Shown here: positions 19,095 through 29,201 of the stretch, in pieces | Layout of the letters: each line of letters opens with the position of its first letter | Numbering within the stretch: the stretch's first letter is position 1 | Assembly (NCBI GenBank): GCA_964636325.1 | Contig: CAZWRV010000030.1 | Span: forward strand, 62-64,061 | DNA: 64,000 nucleotides | Direction: 5' to 3' | Source: an uncultured Victivallaceae bacterium | GTDB lineage: Bacteria; Verrucomicrobiota; Lentisphaeria; Victivallales; GWF2-50-93 | Program-made: the position numbers and the translations under genes | Notes under the pieces: model-generated | The model's input: only the letters and a program-made list of their open reading frames with translations | Told to the model about the DNA's origin: nothing | The model's database searches: none

Positions 19095-19610
19095 TCAGCT
19101 CTTGATGGCTTTTACAAGCCTTGGGATGACGAGCCACTTGAAGACGCAGCATCCGGGCCTGAACTTGTCCCAGGATGGGAGTTCCGCCTCGAAGCAGACG
19201 ATTGCCGACGTAGGAAGGGCGACCTTCGCCGTATATGAGGTGTCGCCGGAACAGAAGGCGCTGGCGGCCTGCTCCATGCAGGGGTTGTGGCCGACGAGCA
19301 TGACGACATTGATCTCCTGGCTGACCGTCTTCAGCCTTTCGAGCAATGCGTCTGCCCCCTCGGAGTAAAAGCTCTCGTCGAAGGAAATCTTACCTTTGTA
19401 TCCGCAGGTCTCGGCGAGGATCTCCGCGGTCTGCCGGGCGCGCTTCGCCGGCGACGAGATGATAAGCTCCGGGGCCGAGTTGTACGCCATCAGCACCCTG
19501 CCCATCTGCGGCACGTCCTTCAGGCCCCGGGGCGCAAGCGGCCTGTCGAAGTCCGGCACGTTCAGCTCCCTCTCCGACTTGCCGTGGCGCATCAGAAGGA
19601 TGTTCCTCAT
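19095..19610 (-). CDS. sixA: SixA-like phosphohistidine phosphatase (histidine phosphatase superfamily)
   Basis: MRNILLMRHGKSE...RPLAPRG...LVGHNP motifs. The track ORF start (19679) runs into an R1 repeat (MNSANYAPLLNS is repeat-encoded), so the start is set at MRNILL. Confidence 0.8.
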   Translation of the reverse strand: MRNILLMRHGKSERELNVPDFDRPLAPRGLKDVPQMGRVLMAYNSAPELIISSPAKRARQTAEILAETCGYKGKISFDESFYSEGADALLERLKTVSQEINVVMLVGHNPCMEQAASAFCSGDTSYTAKVALPTSAIVCFEAELPSWDKFRPGCCVFKWLVIPRLVKAIKS

Positions 19611-19640
19611 TCCGCCTCCTTTTAATGTTATACGCGGGCT

Positions 19641-19681
19641 GTATGAATTCAGCAAAGGGGCGTAGTTTGCCGAATTCATAC
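19641..19681. repeat. R1 palindromic REP-like element flanked by an 8-bp direct repeat
   Basis: GTATGAATTCAGCAAAGGGGCGTAGTTTGCCGAATTCATAC. CGCGGGCT occurs immediately on both sides (19633-19640 and 19682-19689). Confidence 0.85.
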
Positions 19682-19989
19682 CGCGGGCTTAACTCGCATG
19701 TAATTTAACGGGAGAGGGACACAATTCCACGGCGCGGATGAAGAAATCATCAACTTCAGGATAAATGCGCCCAGGAAGCAAAACATGAGGCACCTGCCTG
19801 GACATATCCGCAAATTCGACCTGAGATTGAAGCGGAACACCAGGCCATTAAAGCCGACTGACTCTTTCCTCCACATGCTTGACCGCGCGGACGCTATTGA
19901 TATTGCCACAATATGCTGTATAGGTTTTGCCACAGAAGCCGAAATACTGTCTTAATACGCAATTTCAAAAACCGTACATGATTTACTTG

Positions 19990-20018
19990 TTGATAAGCGT
20001 AAACATCCGTAGTAAAAT
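19990..20018 (+). promoter_or_regulatory. Sigma-70-like promoter candidate for the NarL-type regulator
   Basis: TTGATA - 17 nt - TAAAAT, with the -10 element ending 41 nt upstream of the ATG at 20060. Confidence 0.4.
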
Positions 20019-20059
20019 ATATACAAACGTGGCCGATGTACTTCCGGAATTGAGATCAA

Positions 20060-20725
20060 ATGGCGAAAAAAATCAGAATCTATGTTGTTGACGATCATCC
20101 CATGATAATCGAGGGGCTGAGAACGGTTTTCAGCAGAACCGCCGACCTTGAAATAATTGGTTCGAATACGGATGGCCCTTCGGCGCTGAAGGAAATACAG
20201 AAGCTCATGCCGGATCTGGCAATAATCGATCTTTACCTTCCCAGGTATGACGGGATTGCAATCTTGAAAGGGCTCACGGACGAGAAATATAAAGGAATAG
20301 GCAAGATCGTATTCTCCGGCTTCTATAATTTCAACGACATTGCCAGGGTTATCTCAAACGGGGCGAAAGGATATGTGATCAAAGGCTGCAGCCTTGACAT
20401 GATTGCCGACGCGGCCAGAACAGTAGGCAGGGGGAACTATTATTTCGACAGGGAAGTGGGCGATGTCATAACCAATAATTTCTCGTCCAGACCGGCTCCC
20501 GGAACTAAGGACGAAAGGGCTGAGCTGCTTAGTTCAAGGGAGAGGGAAGTCGTGGACTGCATCGCGGACGGGAAATCCTGCTCGGAAACCGCCGAAACTC
20601 TCGACATCAAGCTGAGCAGCGTCTATACATACCGCAACCGCCTGATGAACAAGCTGCGGGCGAAGAACCATGCAGATCTGCTCCGGATCGCGCTGAAGAT
20701 TGCGGGATACGAGAAACGGGGCTAA
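20060..20725 (+). CDS. NarL/LuxR-family response regulator (REC + HTH_LuxR)
   Basis: Receiver domain with DLAIIDLYLP phosphoacceptor region. C-terminal SSREREVVDCIADGKSCSETAETLDIKLSSVYTYRNRLMNKL. Confidence 0.9.
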   Translation: MAKKIRIYVVDDHPMIIEGLRTVFSRTADLEIIGSNTDGPSALKEIQKLMPDLAIIDLYLPRYDGIAILKGLTDEKYKGIGKIVFSGFYNFNDIARVISNGAKGYVIKGCSLDMIADAARTVGRGNYYFDREVGDVITNNFSSRPAPGTKDERAELLSSREREVVDCIADGKSCSETAETLDIKLSSVYTYRNRLMNKLRAKNHADLLRIALKIAGYEKRG

Positions 20726-23676
20726 ATCCCAGCCAAAGTCCCCTTGTAGCGTCCGAGCATATCTTCGAGGGAGAGAACAAGCTGCGAGCCGGGAAATCCG
20801 ATCTTAAGCGCCGGTCTTCGGATAACCTTGCCGATCTTTGCGAAAGGCAAATCTCCCAGTATCTTCGCGATCCTTGCGGCATCCTTTGGCGAAGCGGTCA
20901 TAATGAAGCGCGAAGACGACTCGGAGAATAGCTTCTCCAGGTCCGACATCGCGCCTTCTGCAGGAAGTTTTGAGAGATCGAGTTCAAGCCCGAGCCTTCC
21001 GGCCATGGCGGTCTTCGCCAATCCGACCGCGAGCCCGCCCAAACCCGGCGCGTGAAGCGAACGGGCAAGCCGGAGTTCCGTCAGCCTGTGGACGGCCTTG
21101 ATCGTTTTCAGGGCCAGAGCGGTGTCAGTCTTCGGGACGGCGTTGCCGACTGCGCCGAGCATGGCGTAGTATTCGCTGCCGCCGAGCTCCGCCCTGGTGG
21201 TGCCGACGACATAGACGTCGTCGCCTGCGGATTTCGCATCGAGTGTGACGGCCTTCGAGATGTCGCTGATCTTTGAGATTACGCTGAAGAGCACGCTCGG
21301 GGGTATTGAAATCTTCTTTCCGCCGCGTGTGCTGTCGTTCTTCATGCTGTCCTTGCCGGAGATGCATGGGACGCGGAAAGCCTTCGTGCAGTCGTAGAGG
21401 GCCCGGTTGGCGCGGACAAGCTGGGCGAGCTTGTATTCGCCGTCCGGGGTCTTGGCGCTCTTGACCGGATCCGGCCAGCAGAAGTTGTCAAGCCCGGCCA
21501 TGAGCTCCGGATCCGCGCCGGCCGCCACCGCCTTCCTGACGGCGAGGTCGATTGTCGCGGCCATCATGTGGTATGTGTCGATGTCGCTGTACCGCGGAAG
21601 GATGGCGGCCGAGAGCACAATCCCCTCCTTGGAAAGCTGCTCGGGCATGAAGACTGCCGCATCGCCCTGGACATCCGCGCATTTCCCGACGAACGGCTTG
21701 ATCACGCTGAGCCCCTTGACCTCGTGGTCGTACTGCCTGGCCTTGTATTCGTCGGAGCAGATGTTCAGGCGGCCCAGCATCTGGAGGATGTCCCTTCCAG
21801 GATTTCTGCCGTCCGTATTCGGCTCGCTCCAACTGGGCGGAACCCATTTGGCCTTCAGCTTCATCCTCGGCAGGCCGTCGTGCAGGAAGTCCATGTCCAA
21901 AAGCGCCACGGTTTTTCCGCCGAACAGTATGTGAAACTTGCCGCTGGCGGTGAATTCTCCGAGGACGGTGGCCTCAACATCCCTCTTCGCCGCAAGCGCC
22001 ATGAACTCTTCAATGTTCTCCGGGGGGACAGCGAAGCTCATCCTTTCCTGCGCCTCGGAGAGCAGTATCTCCCAGGGTTCCAGGCCGGCATACTTAAGAG
22101 GAGCCTTGGAAAGATCGATCCGGCATCCGCCTGAAACCCGCGCCATCTCGCCGACGCTTGAGGAGAGCCCGCCCGCGCCGTTGTCCGTGATGAAGCGGTA
22201 GAGGTTCCTGGCGCGGGCCTCGTATATGAAGTCGCTCATCTTCTTCTGAGTTATCGGGTCTCCGATCTGGACCGCCTGGCTGGGACTCTCGGTTCTCAGT
22301 TCCTCGCTGGAGAACGTCGCGCCGTGTATTCCGTCCTTTCCGATGCGCCCACCGGCCATCACCGCCAGGTCGCCCTTGCAGATTGCCTTAGACCAGCCCG
22401 GCACGCGCCCGATCTTCTTGGGCAGCGTCCCCACGGTCCCGCAGTATACCAGCGGCTTGCCGATGTAGCGTTCGTCGAAATATTCCCATCCGAGTCCGTA
22501 GGGGATTCCGCTCTGGTTGCCGCCGTCTATGACGCCCTTGTGGATGCCGTCGCGCAGGCGCCGGGGATGTATAAGCCCTTCCGGCACATCGCGTTCGGGC
22601 GTGAACGGCGACCCAAGGCAGTAGCCCCAGACGTTTACGAGGAGGTCGGCGCCCTGCCCCGTCCCCATCGGGTCGCGGTTCACCCCGACAATCCCGGTCA
22701 TGGCGCCGCCGTAGGGATCCAGCGCCGACGGGCTGTTGTGCGTCTCCACCTTGTACACCAGGTCGATTTTGTCGTTGAAAGCTATCACGCCGGCGTTGTC
22801 GTGGAAGACGGACACCAGCCAGGGTGCCTCCCTGCCTATCTCCTCAGTGCTCTTCCTGATGAAGCTCTTGAAGCAGGACACTATCTTATCCCTCCTGCCG
22901 GACTCGTCCTCGTAGTCTATCTCGGCGTCGAAGATCTTGTGCTTGCAGTGCTCGGACCAGGTCTGCGCTATCGCTTCGAGCTCAACGTCAGTCGGGGAAG
23001 ACCCGAGCCCGTATTTCGCGCGGCCCTTCGCCCCCCTGAAATATTTCTGGATCACCTTCATCTCGTCCAAGGTCAGCGCAAGTATCCCCTTCTCGCTGAT
23101 CTTCAAAAGCTCGCTGTCGGGAACTTCCAGGTCAATCGTCCTTACAGCCCCGCCGCCATGTTCGCGGACAAATGGCGTGTTGTGGGGCAGCTGCGCCTTG
23201 GATAACTCATCTGAGGAGTATATTGAAATCGTCTCGATGAGCCTGTTGGCCAGAAGATCCCACCCTATCCTTTCGACATCCTTGCGGGAGAGCCCCGGCG
23301 CATACAGCAGATATTCCACGGAGCTGAAAACCTGCTCCTCGTCCGAAAGCTTCCGCCCGACCACGTCGCCCACCGCCTCGTGCGCGGTCCTGCCGACATT
23401 GTCGGTGACGCCCGGCCTGAACCCTACGCTTATGAGCCAGTCGCAGCCGGTTCCGCGGGTCTCACCGACGATTCCCTTCTGCAGGATCGGATTGGCGATC
23501 TCTTCCGCCGCGGCCCGCGCCTCAGCGTCGGAAATATCCGCGCACACGGTGAAGACATCCCGCGTAACGACCTTGCGCACATTCAGCTTCAGGAACTCGC
23601 GTATCTGCCTGCGCACCCGCTCGCCGCGCACGTCGCGCCAGTTCCCCAGCGGCGAAATTTCGATCCTATACATCAT
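20722..23676 (-). CDS. purL: Phosphoribosylformylglycinamidine synthase, PurS-PurL fusion (FGAM synthase II)
   Basis: 984 aa. The N-terminal roughly 80-aa PurS-like domain is followed by PurL AIR-synthase-like repeats (HNSPSALDPYGGA, GKDSMKN). Its stop overlaps the convergent regulator's stop (CTAA). Confidence 0.93.
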   Translation of the reverse strand: MMYRIEISPLGNWRDVRGERVRRQIREFLKLNVRKVVTRDVFTVCADISDAEARAAAEEIANPILQKGIVGETRGTGCDWLISVGFRPGVTDNVGRTAHEAVGDVVGRKLSDEEQVFSSVEYLLYAPGLSRKDVERIGWDLLANRLIETISIYSSDELSKAQLPHNTPFVREHGGGAVRTIDLEVPDSELLKISEKGILALTLDEMKVIQKYFRGAKGRAKYGLGSSPTDVELEAIAQTWSEHCKHKIFDAEIDYEDESGRRDKIVSCFKSFIRKSTEEIGREAPWLVSVFHDNAGVIAFNDKIDLVYKVETHNSPSALDPYGGAMTGIVGVNRDPMGTGQGADLLVNVWGYCLGSPFTPERDVPEGLIHPRRLRDGIHKGVIDGGNQSGIPYGLGWEYFDERYIGKPLVYCGTVGTLPKKIGRVPGWSKAICKGDLAVMAGGRIGKDGIHGATFSSEELRTESPSQAVQIGDPITQKKMSDFIYEARARNLYRFITDNGAGGLSSSVGEMARVSGGCRIDLSKAPLKYAGLEPWEILLSEAQERMSFAVPPENIEEFMALAAKRDVEATVLGEFTASGKFHILFGGKTVALLDMDFLHDGLPRMKLKAKWVPPSWSEPNTDGRNPGRDILQMLGRLNICSDEYKARQYDHEVKGLSVIKPFVGKCADVQGDAAVFMPEQLSKEGIVLSAAILPRYSDIDTYHMMAATIDLAVRKAVAAGADPELMAGLDNFCWPDPVKSAKTPDGEYKLAQLVRANRALYDCTKAFRVPCISGKDSMKNDSTRGGKKISIPPSVLFSVISKISDISKAVTLDAKSAGDDVYVVGTTRAELGGSEYYAMLGAVGNAVPKTDTALALKTIKAVHRLTELRLARSLHAPGLGGLAVGLAKTAMAGRLGLELDLSKLPAEGAMSDLEKLFSESSSRFIMTASPKDAARIAKILGDLPFAKIGKVIRRPALKIGFPGSQLVLSLEDMLGRYKGTLAGI

Positions 23677-24427
23677 AATATCCTTATAAAATGGTTGTCG
23701 GAATATATGAGCCGGGTTACACCCAAGTTGCTACGCCCATGTTGAAATTGGATTCAATGAATTGCCGCTGAAAGAAGGAGGGAGATAATATAAATAATAG
23801 GTTTGACCCCGTATTCCCTCGTCTCCATCGGATACGCTGTTCTTTTCCCGACCCATTCGACTTTTTGTATTTTCCATCCTCTACCAAATCTCCGGTCCAG
23901 AATATTAGGCAAAGATCAAATATATGGGTTGAAGGACTACGATTTCAGCCTTACCAATATTTCCGTTTTTTTCCATCCAAATATTTTTGCCGAGAGAGTC
24001 GGCCAAATTGCACGGCATGTCTTGTCACAGGTTGCCTGCTGTCCTATCTCAACATGCCTTGTATGGCCTGTGGCGCTATCATTTAGTCGCCGAATGATTC
24101 ACGATCAGGTTTTTATATTCCTATATTCATTCAGCGTTGTGTGCATTATAGCCTTGTCTTCCATATTCTTAATCTCCGAGCGTCCGCTGTGGTGGATTCT
24201 TAGCTTTTCGATGGACAGGCTTCTATTGGTTGCCGGAGTTCCTGCATGGTTGGGTTGCGCATATGCCGCCAGCCGCCGGACGAAGTTATGGATCGACCGG
24301 TAGTATTCGATTCGCGCATTCGTCCAACCAGAATTCCACCAGATATAAACTTCCCCGAAATTCCGATTCAGGAGGAATTTCAATTCAGATTTCCCGCTAA
24401 CTGCCGCTTTCGGCGAAAGCGGCATAC

Positions 24428-24516
24428 TTCAGATTTTCCGGCGCGGGAGATTGCACAGGTGCACAATTTGTTATTTCCCGCAAACGCACCGAAATCCTCG
24501 GCGCGAAAAAATCTGA
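24428..24516. repeat. Diverged R4-like element 3' of the sigma-54 activator gene
   Basis: CTTCAGATTTTCCGGCGCGGG ... CGCGAAAAAATCTGAAAT. A second TTCAGATTTCC half-site lies at about 24383-24393. It abuts the stop codon at 24519. Confidence 0.45.
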
Positions 24517-24518
24517 AA

Positions 24519-26048
24519 TTACTTGAAGCTGTCCGCGTCGATCCCGTATTTCCCGATCTTGTAGTGCAGTATCCTCTGGGTGAGCTTGAGTGCCCTTCCG
24601 GCGGCGGCCACGTTGCCGCGGTTGTTCTTAAGGGCGTCGACGATTATCTCGCGCTCGAACGACGTCACCATGGTCTTGAAGTCGGCGCCGTCGGCGGGGA
24701 CTATCTGAGTGCCGGTCTCCTTGGCGGTCTGCAGCGACGGCGGCAGGTCGTAGGCCTTTATTACATCGTCGCGGCTGAGGAGCAGGGCGCGCTCCACGCA
24801 GTTCTCCAGCTCCCTCACGTTGCCGGGCCAGTGGTACATCATCATCATGTTGATCGCCGGAGTGGATATCCTGCGTATGTTCTTGCTGTAGAGCTTGTTG
24901 TATTTCCCGAGGAAGTGGTCCGCCAGCAGGAGTATGTCCGACTTGCGCTCCCTGAGGGGCGGGATCATTATGGGGAAGACGTTGAGCCTGTAGTAGAGGT
25001 CATCCCTGAAGCGGCCCTGCTGCATCTCCTCCTCCAGGTTCCTGCTCGTCGCAGTTATGATCCTGACGTTCGCCTTGATGGGCTGGTGCGACCCGACGCG
25101 TTCGAACTCGCGCTCCTGGAGCACTCTGAGGAGCCTGACCTGCACCGCGGGGCTGATGTCGCCGATCTCGTCGAGGAAGAGAGTGCCGCCGGAGGCCAGT
25201 TCGAAACGGCCTTTCCTCTGCTGTATCGCGCCGGTGAACGCGCCCTTCTCATGGCCGAAGAGCTCGCTCTCGATGAGCGCCTCGGGCAGGGCCGCGCAGT
25301 TCACCGCCACGAACGGGCCCGATTTCCTTGGGCTTGAATAATGAATCGCCCTTGCCACAAGCTCCTTGCCTGTTCCGGACTCGCCGCGTATCAGGACTGT
25401 CGCCGGACTCTCAGCCACCTGCGCGATCATCATGTAGATCTGCTTCATCGCCCCGCAGTTGCCGATTATATTGTTGGGGCGGAAGCGCTCGCCCAGCTCG
25501 AGTCGGAGGCGCTCGTTCTCGGACTTCAGCGTCTCCTTCTCCTCGATCTCCTTGCGGAGCGTCGCGACGGCGTCCGCGATGATGTTGGCCACTATCGTGA
25601 GGAGGTTCTCTATCTTCCTCAGCTCCTCCATGGGGGCGCTAGGATGGTCGATGCTCAAGGTGCCGACGACCTCGCCCTCGCTGCGGATGGGCACGCAGAT
25701 GAACGCTATCTGCCCCGACTTGCGCGCGCCGGTCCTGTTGAGGAACTCGCGGTCCTTCGATATGTCCTGTATGATCCTCGGCTTCCCGCTCTCCGCGACC
25801 TTCCCGGTGACACCCTCGCCGATCTTATACTGCCCCCGCCCGACTTCCTCTTCAGAAAAGCCGCTGGACGCCTCGATGACAAGCATGTCCCCGCGCCGCA
25901 GCGTCAGCGTGCCGCGCTCAAGCCCGAGCTCCTGCTTAAGGATGTCGAATACCTCGCGCAGAAGCGCCGACACATCCCTCTGGTGCACAAGCACATGGCT
26001 TATCTGATAGAGGACGTTCAGCTTGAGGTTTTCGTCGTTGCTGTTCAT
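24519..26048 (-). CDS. Sigma-54-dependent transcriptional activator (GAF - AAA+ - Fis-type HTH; NifA-like architecture)
   Basis: N-terminal GAF-like domain. Walker [15 protein letters not shown] motif (EKGAFTGA), and C-terminal HTH ([24 protein letters not shown]). Confidence 0.9.
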   Translation of the reverse strand: MNSNDENLKLNVLYQISHVLVHQRDVSALLREVFDILKQELGLERGTLTLRRGDMLVIEASSGFSEEEVGRGQYKIGEGVTGKVAESGKPRIIQDISKDREFLNRTGARKSGQIAFICVPIRSEGEVVGTLSIDHPSAPMEELRKIENLLTIVANIIADAVATLRKEIEEKETLKSENERLRLELGERFRPNNIIGNCGAMKQIYMMIAQVAESPATVLIRGESGTGKELVARAIHYSSPRKSGPFVAVNCAALPEALIESELFGHEKGAFTGAIQQRKGRFELASGGTLFLDEIGDISPAVQVRLLRVLQEREFERVGSHQPIKANVRIITATSRNLEEEMQQGRFRDDLYYRLNVFPIMIPPLRERKSDILLLADHFLGKYNKLYSKNIRRISTPAINMMMMYHWPGNVRELENCVERALLLSRDDVIKAYDLPPSLQTAKETGTQIVPADGADFKTMVTSFEREIIVDALKNNRGNVAAAGRALKLTQRILHYKIGKYGIDADSFK

Positions 26049-26093
26049 GGGGGTGGGAGTGTCCCTTATCCGTTATCCGAATACTTTATTAAT

Positions 26094-26113
26094 CGCGGTT
26101 AATAATAACCGCG
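26094..26113 (-). terminator. Hairpin 3' of rseP (terminator candidate)
   Basis: CGCGGTTA-ATAA-TAACCGCG: a perfect 8-bp stem followed on the minus strand by an AT-rich tract (ATTAATAAAGTATT). Confidence 0.35.
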
Positions 26114-26149
26114 CACGGTAACCATTCGCTATCCGCTATGCGGAATCTG

Positions 26150-27901
26150 TCATCTGCCCTCTTCCGACGGCTTTTCGGCGGCGGGCTGCGCCGAGGCCGG
26201 TTCCGCCTTATCCTTCTGCGCGGACTTCGCCGGCGGCGTCCTGGCCTTGCTCGGGGGCGCCCCCATGCGTGCAATGAGCCTTCCGATGTCGTGGTATGTC
26301 ACGAAGACCATCAGTGAAACCAGCAGGAACACGAAGAAATACATCACCGGCCTCAGTATCCACTCCGGCGGAGGACGCCTGAACATCGACTCGTAAAGGG
26401 CGATTACGATATGCCCTCCGTCCAGGATCGGGATAGGCAGGAGGTTGAAGACCGCAAGGCTGTAGGTGATTACGACGATGAAATAAAGCGCCCACAGGAC
26501 GCCGCGGTTGTAGACCACAAGCCATATCGTCGAAACTATCCCGACGGGCCCGCTCAGATGCCTCGCCCCCAGCGAGCTCTCCGTCTTCTTGGCCAGTATG
26601 CCCCTAAGCGCCTTGTAGCTCTTCACCATCACGTCATTGAAGAGCTGGACCGGATTAGGATGGTTGTAGAATATCACTTCGGCGTCAAGCTTGTAAAACT
26701 GCAGCACCGACGGGACAATCCCATCCAGCTCGAGCTTCTCGCCGTCCCTTTCCACGGTGAAAGTCATCTTGCCGCCGCGGCTGCAGGCTATAGCAGTCTG
26801 AAGCTGGTCTGACCCGCCCGAGCCGAAGAGCCTCCCCAAGAAATCCGAGATCCGCGCGGCAATCCCCCGCTTCTCCCCGGCGCCGTCCAGGCTCTTCCCG
26901 TTTACGGCGAGAATGACGTCGCCCACCTTCAGGCCGCCCCTTTCGGCCGGCGAATCCTTCTGGACGTCGGTGATCGTGAGAGGCATTTCCCGGTCATAGG
27001 CGATCCCGATCCTCGGCCTGCTGGAATCCCCCGCCTCAATCGGCACGACACCCTTGACATCCACGAGCTTCCCCTCCCTTTCGACCGTCAGATCCAGAGG
27101 CGCGCCATGTGCGTCGTTGACGATGTTGGCGTAGTCTTCTATGTCATTGACCGGAATTCCGTTGATCTTTACGACGATGTCGTTCTTTCGGATTCCCGCC
27201 TGGTAGGACTTGGATCCGGAAGGCGGGAAAAGCACCACCGGAATCCTAGGCCTGAAGAAAGGCAGCGCCAGACGGTCCGCCCCGGACACCCTCCTGTTCT
27301 CCGCGGGGTAGTAGCTGACGGTCTTTGTGTCCCCGCCGCTTTTCACCGTAAGTTTTATCTTGCCTATCGTGAAGAGAAGCTCCTCCATGATCTCGTGCCA
27401 GGTAAGGTAGAACTTCCTGCCGTTGATCTCGGTTATCCTGTCCCCGGGGCGCAGGCCGGCCTCGTACTCCGGGCTGGCCTCCTCGACTGACGCCACCTCG
27501 ACCGTGCTCATCTTAGGAGTGTCCTCGGGAATCCCGGTGACCCACAGCAGAAGTCCGAGCGCCACCCCGAAGAGGATGTTGAAGAAGGGGCCGGCGAACG
27601 CGGTGATTATCCTGTCCATCGGCTTCGCGGGCGGCAAAGGCGTGCCGTCCTCCTTCTTCGCCGAGCCGTGCGCGTCAAGCTGCGGAATATCCACGTAGCC
27701 GCCGAATGGAAGGCAGCCTATCCTGTATTCTATCCCGTTATGCTTGAAGGCCCACAGCTTCTTGAAGCCGAGCGAGAAGGCGACGATGTGGAGCCTGCGC
27801 CACTTCGCCGCCAGAAAATGCCCCAGCTCATGCACGAGTATGCAGAGCCCGAAGAACACCAGCACGAAAAAGGTTATCAGTATGTAGGTTATAAAAGCCA
27901 C
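26150..27901 (-). CDS. rseP: RIP metalloprotease RseP (site-2 protease, M50) with PDZ domains and a Pro/Ala/Lys-rich C-terminal tail
   Basis: HELGHFLAAK zinc motif in TM1, several PDZ-like segments, and the NLLPIPILDGGH motif. The last roughly 45 aa are low complexity (PPSKARTPPAKSAQKDKAEPASAQPAAEKPSEEGR). Confidence 0.92.
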   Translation of the reverse strand: MAFITYILITFFVLVFFGLCILVHELGHFLAAKWRRLHIVAFSLGFKKLWAFKHNGIEYRIGCLPFGGYVDIPQLDAHGSAKKEDGTPLPPAKPMDRIITAFAGPFFNILFGVALGLLLWVTGIPEDTPKMSTVEVASVEEASPEYEAGLRPGDRITEINGRKFYLTWHEIMEELLFTIGKIKLTVKSGGDTKTVSYYPAENRRVSGADRLALPFFRPRIPVVLFPPSGSKSYQAGIRKNDIVVKINGIPVNDIEDYANIVNDAHGAPLDLTVEREGKLVDVKGVVPIEAGDSSRPRIGIAYDREMPLTITDVQKDSPAERGGLKVGDVILAVNGKSLDGAGEKRGIAARISDFLGRLFGSGGSDQLQTAIACSRGGKMTFTVERDGEKLELDGIVPSVLQFYKLDAEVIFYNHPNPVQLFNDVMVKSYKALRGILAKKTESSLGARHLSGPVGIVSTIWLVVYNRGVLWALYFIVVITYSLAVFNLLPIPILDGGHIVIALYESMFRRPPPEWILRPVMYFFVFLLVSLMVFVTYHDIGRLIARMGAPPSKARTPPAKSAQKDKAEPASAQPAAEKPSEEGR

Positions 27902-28001
27902 AGAAATCCTATTGTTATTTTTACGGATGACTCAATGACCCGGTGACTTGACGACCCGATGGCGGCCTGAGCAAATCCGGCAACATCCATCAATCCATCA
28001 G

Positions 28002-29165
28002 CTATAAGTGCCCGGCGAATTCGGCCGCCTTCCTCCTGGCCCATAAGTCGGCTGATAGAATAGCATCAAGTGATGGACGGTCAAGCGTTTCAGCCGAGGA
28101 CATCGTGAATTCGATGATCCTCCAGATGTCCGTGAACCCGATCTCGCCCTTTCTGAAAAGCTCCACCGCCGTCTCGTTGGCCGCGTTCATGACGGCCGGC
28201 AGGCCCCCTCCTTTCCTCAGCGCCTCGTAGGCGAAGCCCAGAGAAGGGAAGCTCCTCCTGTCGGGGGCTTCGAAAGTCAGGCTTGCCAGCTTCGCGAAGT
28301 CGAGCGGCCTGAGCCCTCCCGGATGCTTTCCCGGATACGTAAGCGCATATTGTATGGGGAAGCGCATGTCCGGCTCGCTCATCTGCGCCAGCACCGTGCC
28401 GTCCACGAACTCAACCATCGAATGAATCACGCTCTGAGGATGTATCACGACATCTATCCCGGAGCCGGGCATGCCGAAGAGCCATCTCGCCTCGACGATC
28501 TCAAGTGCCTTGTTCATAAGCGTCGCGGAGTCGATGGTCACCTTCGGGCCCATTTCCCAGGTAGGATGCCTGAGCGCGTCCTCGACGCCGACCCTTCCGA
28601 GCTCCTCTGCCGTCATCCCCTTGAACGGGCCGCCGCTGGCAGTCAGGATTATCTTGGAGACATCCTCGCGCCTGCGCCCCTCCAGGCACTGGAAGATCGC
28701 GCTGTGCTCGCTGTCCACGGGAATCAGGCGGACGCCGTGCTTTCCGACCTCCGACATGATTATCTCCCCGGCCATGACAAGCACCTCCTTGCTCGCCAGC
28801 GCGACATCCTTGCCGGCCCTCACAGCCTCGAGCACCGGGCGCAGGCCCTCCGTCCCGACGATCGCGCAGAGGACGATGTCGACGTCGGGGCGCCTTACAA
28901 GCTCTATCTGCCCTTCGATGCCCGACAAGGCCGTGCAGCTCTTTGGAAGCAGAGCCTTCATCTCGTTGAAATGACGCGGGTCGCTCAGGACTGCGAACTT
29001 CGCGCCGCAGGAGGACGCCTGCTCGGCCAGCCGCCTGTAGCTGCTCCGCGCCGAGACCCCGACAAGCTCAAGCTCGCCCTGAAGATGCCTTATCACCTTC
29101 AGTGCATTGCACCCGATCGATCCGCTCGATCCAAGGACCGCGACCCTCTTCTTTTTACCGGGCAT
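28002..29165 (-). CDS. dxr: 1-deoxy-D-xylulose 5-phosphate reductoisomerase
   Basis: VAVLGSSGSIGCNALKV NADPH-binding N-terminus, PVDSEHSAIFQCL, and LTASGGPF motifs. Confidence 0.95.
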   Translation of the reverse strand: MPGKKKRVAVLGSSGSIGCNALKVIRHLQGELELVGVSARSSYRRLAEQASSCGAKFAVLSDPRHFNEMKALLPKSCTALSGIEGQIELVRRPDVDIVLCAIVGTEGLRPVLEAVRAGKDVALASKEVLVMAGEIIMSEVGKHGVRLIPVDSEHSAIFQCLEGRRREDVSKIILTASGGPFKGMTAEELGRVGVEDALRHPTWEMGPKVTIDSATLMNKALEIVEARWLFGMPGSGIDVVIHPQSVIHSMVEFVDGTVLAQMSEPDMRFPIQYALTYPGKHPGGLRPLDFAKLASLTFEAPDRRSFPSLGFAYEALRKGGGLPAVMNAANETAVELFRKGEIGFTDIWRIIEFTMSSAETLDRPSLDAILSADLWARRKAAEFAGHL

Positions 29166-29201
29166 CGCTCACCTATTCTTGACCCGCGGAACCAATAACC
29201 A

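Noticed and set aside
19611-19679. Longer SixA start (MNSANYAPLLNS...) and the 118-aa ORF at 39217-39573 containing MNSANYALLLNS
   Set aside because: These peptides are translations of the R1 palindromic repeat. The same string appears wherever the repeat occurs, so they are annotation artefacts.
20722-20725. Overlap of the convergent stop codons of the NarL-type regulator and purL (CTAA)
   Set aside because: This is a trivial 3-4-nt convergent overlap with no evidence of functional significance.
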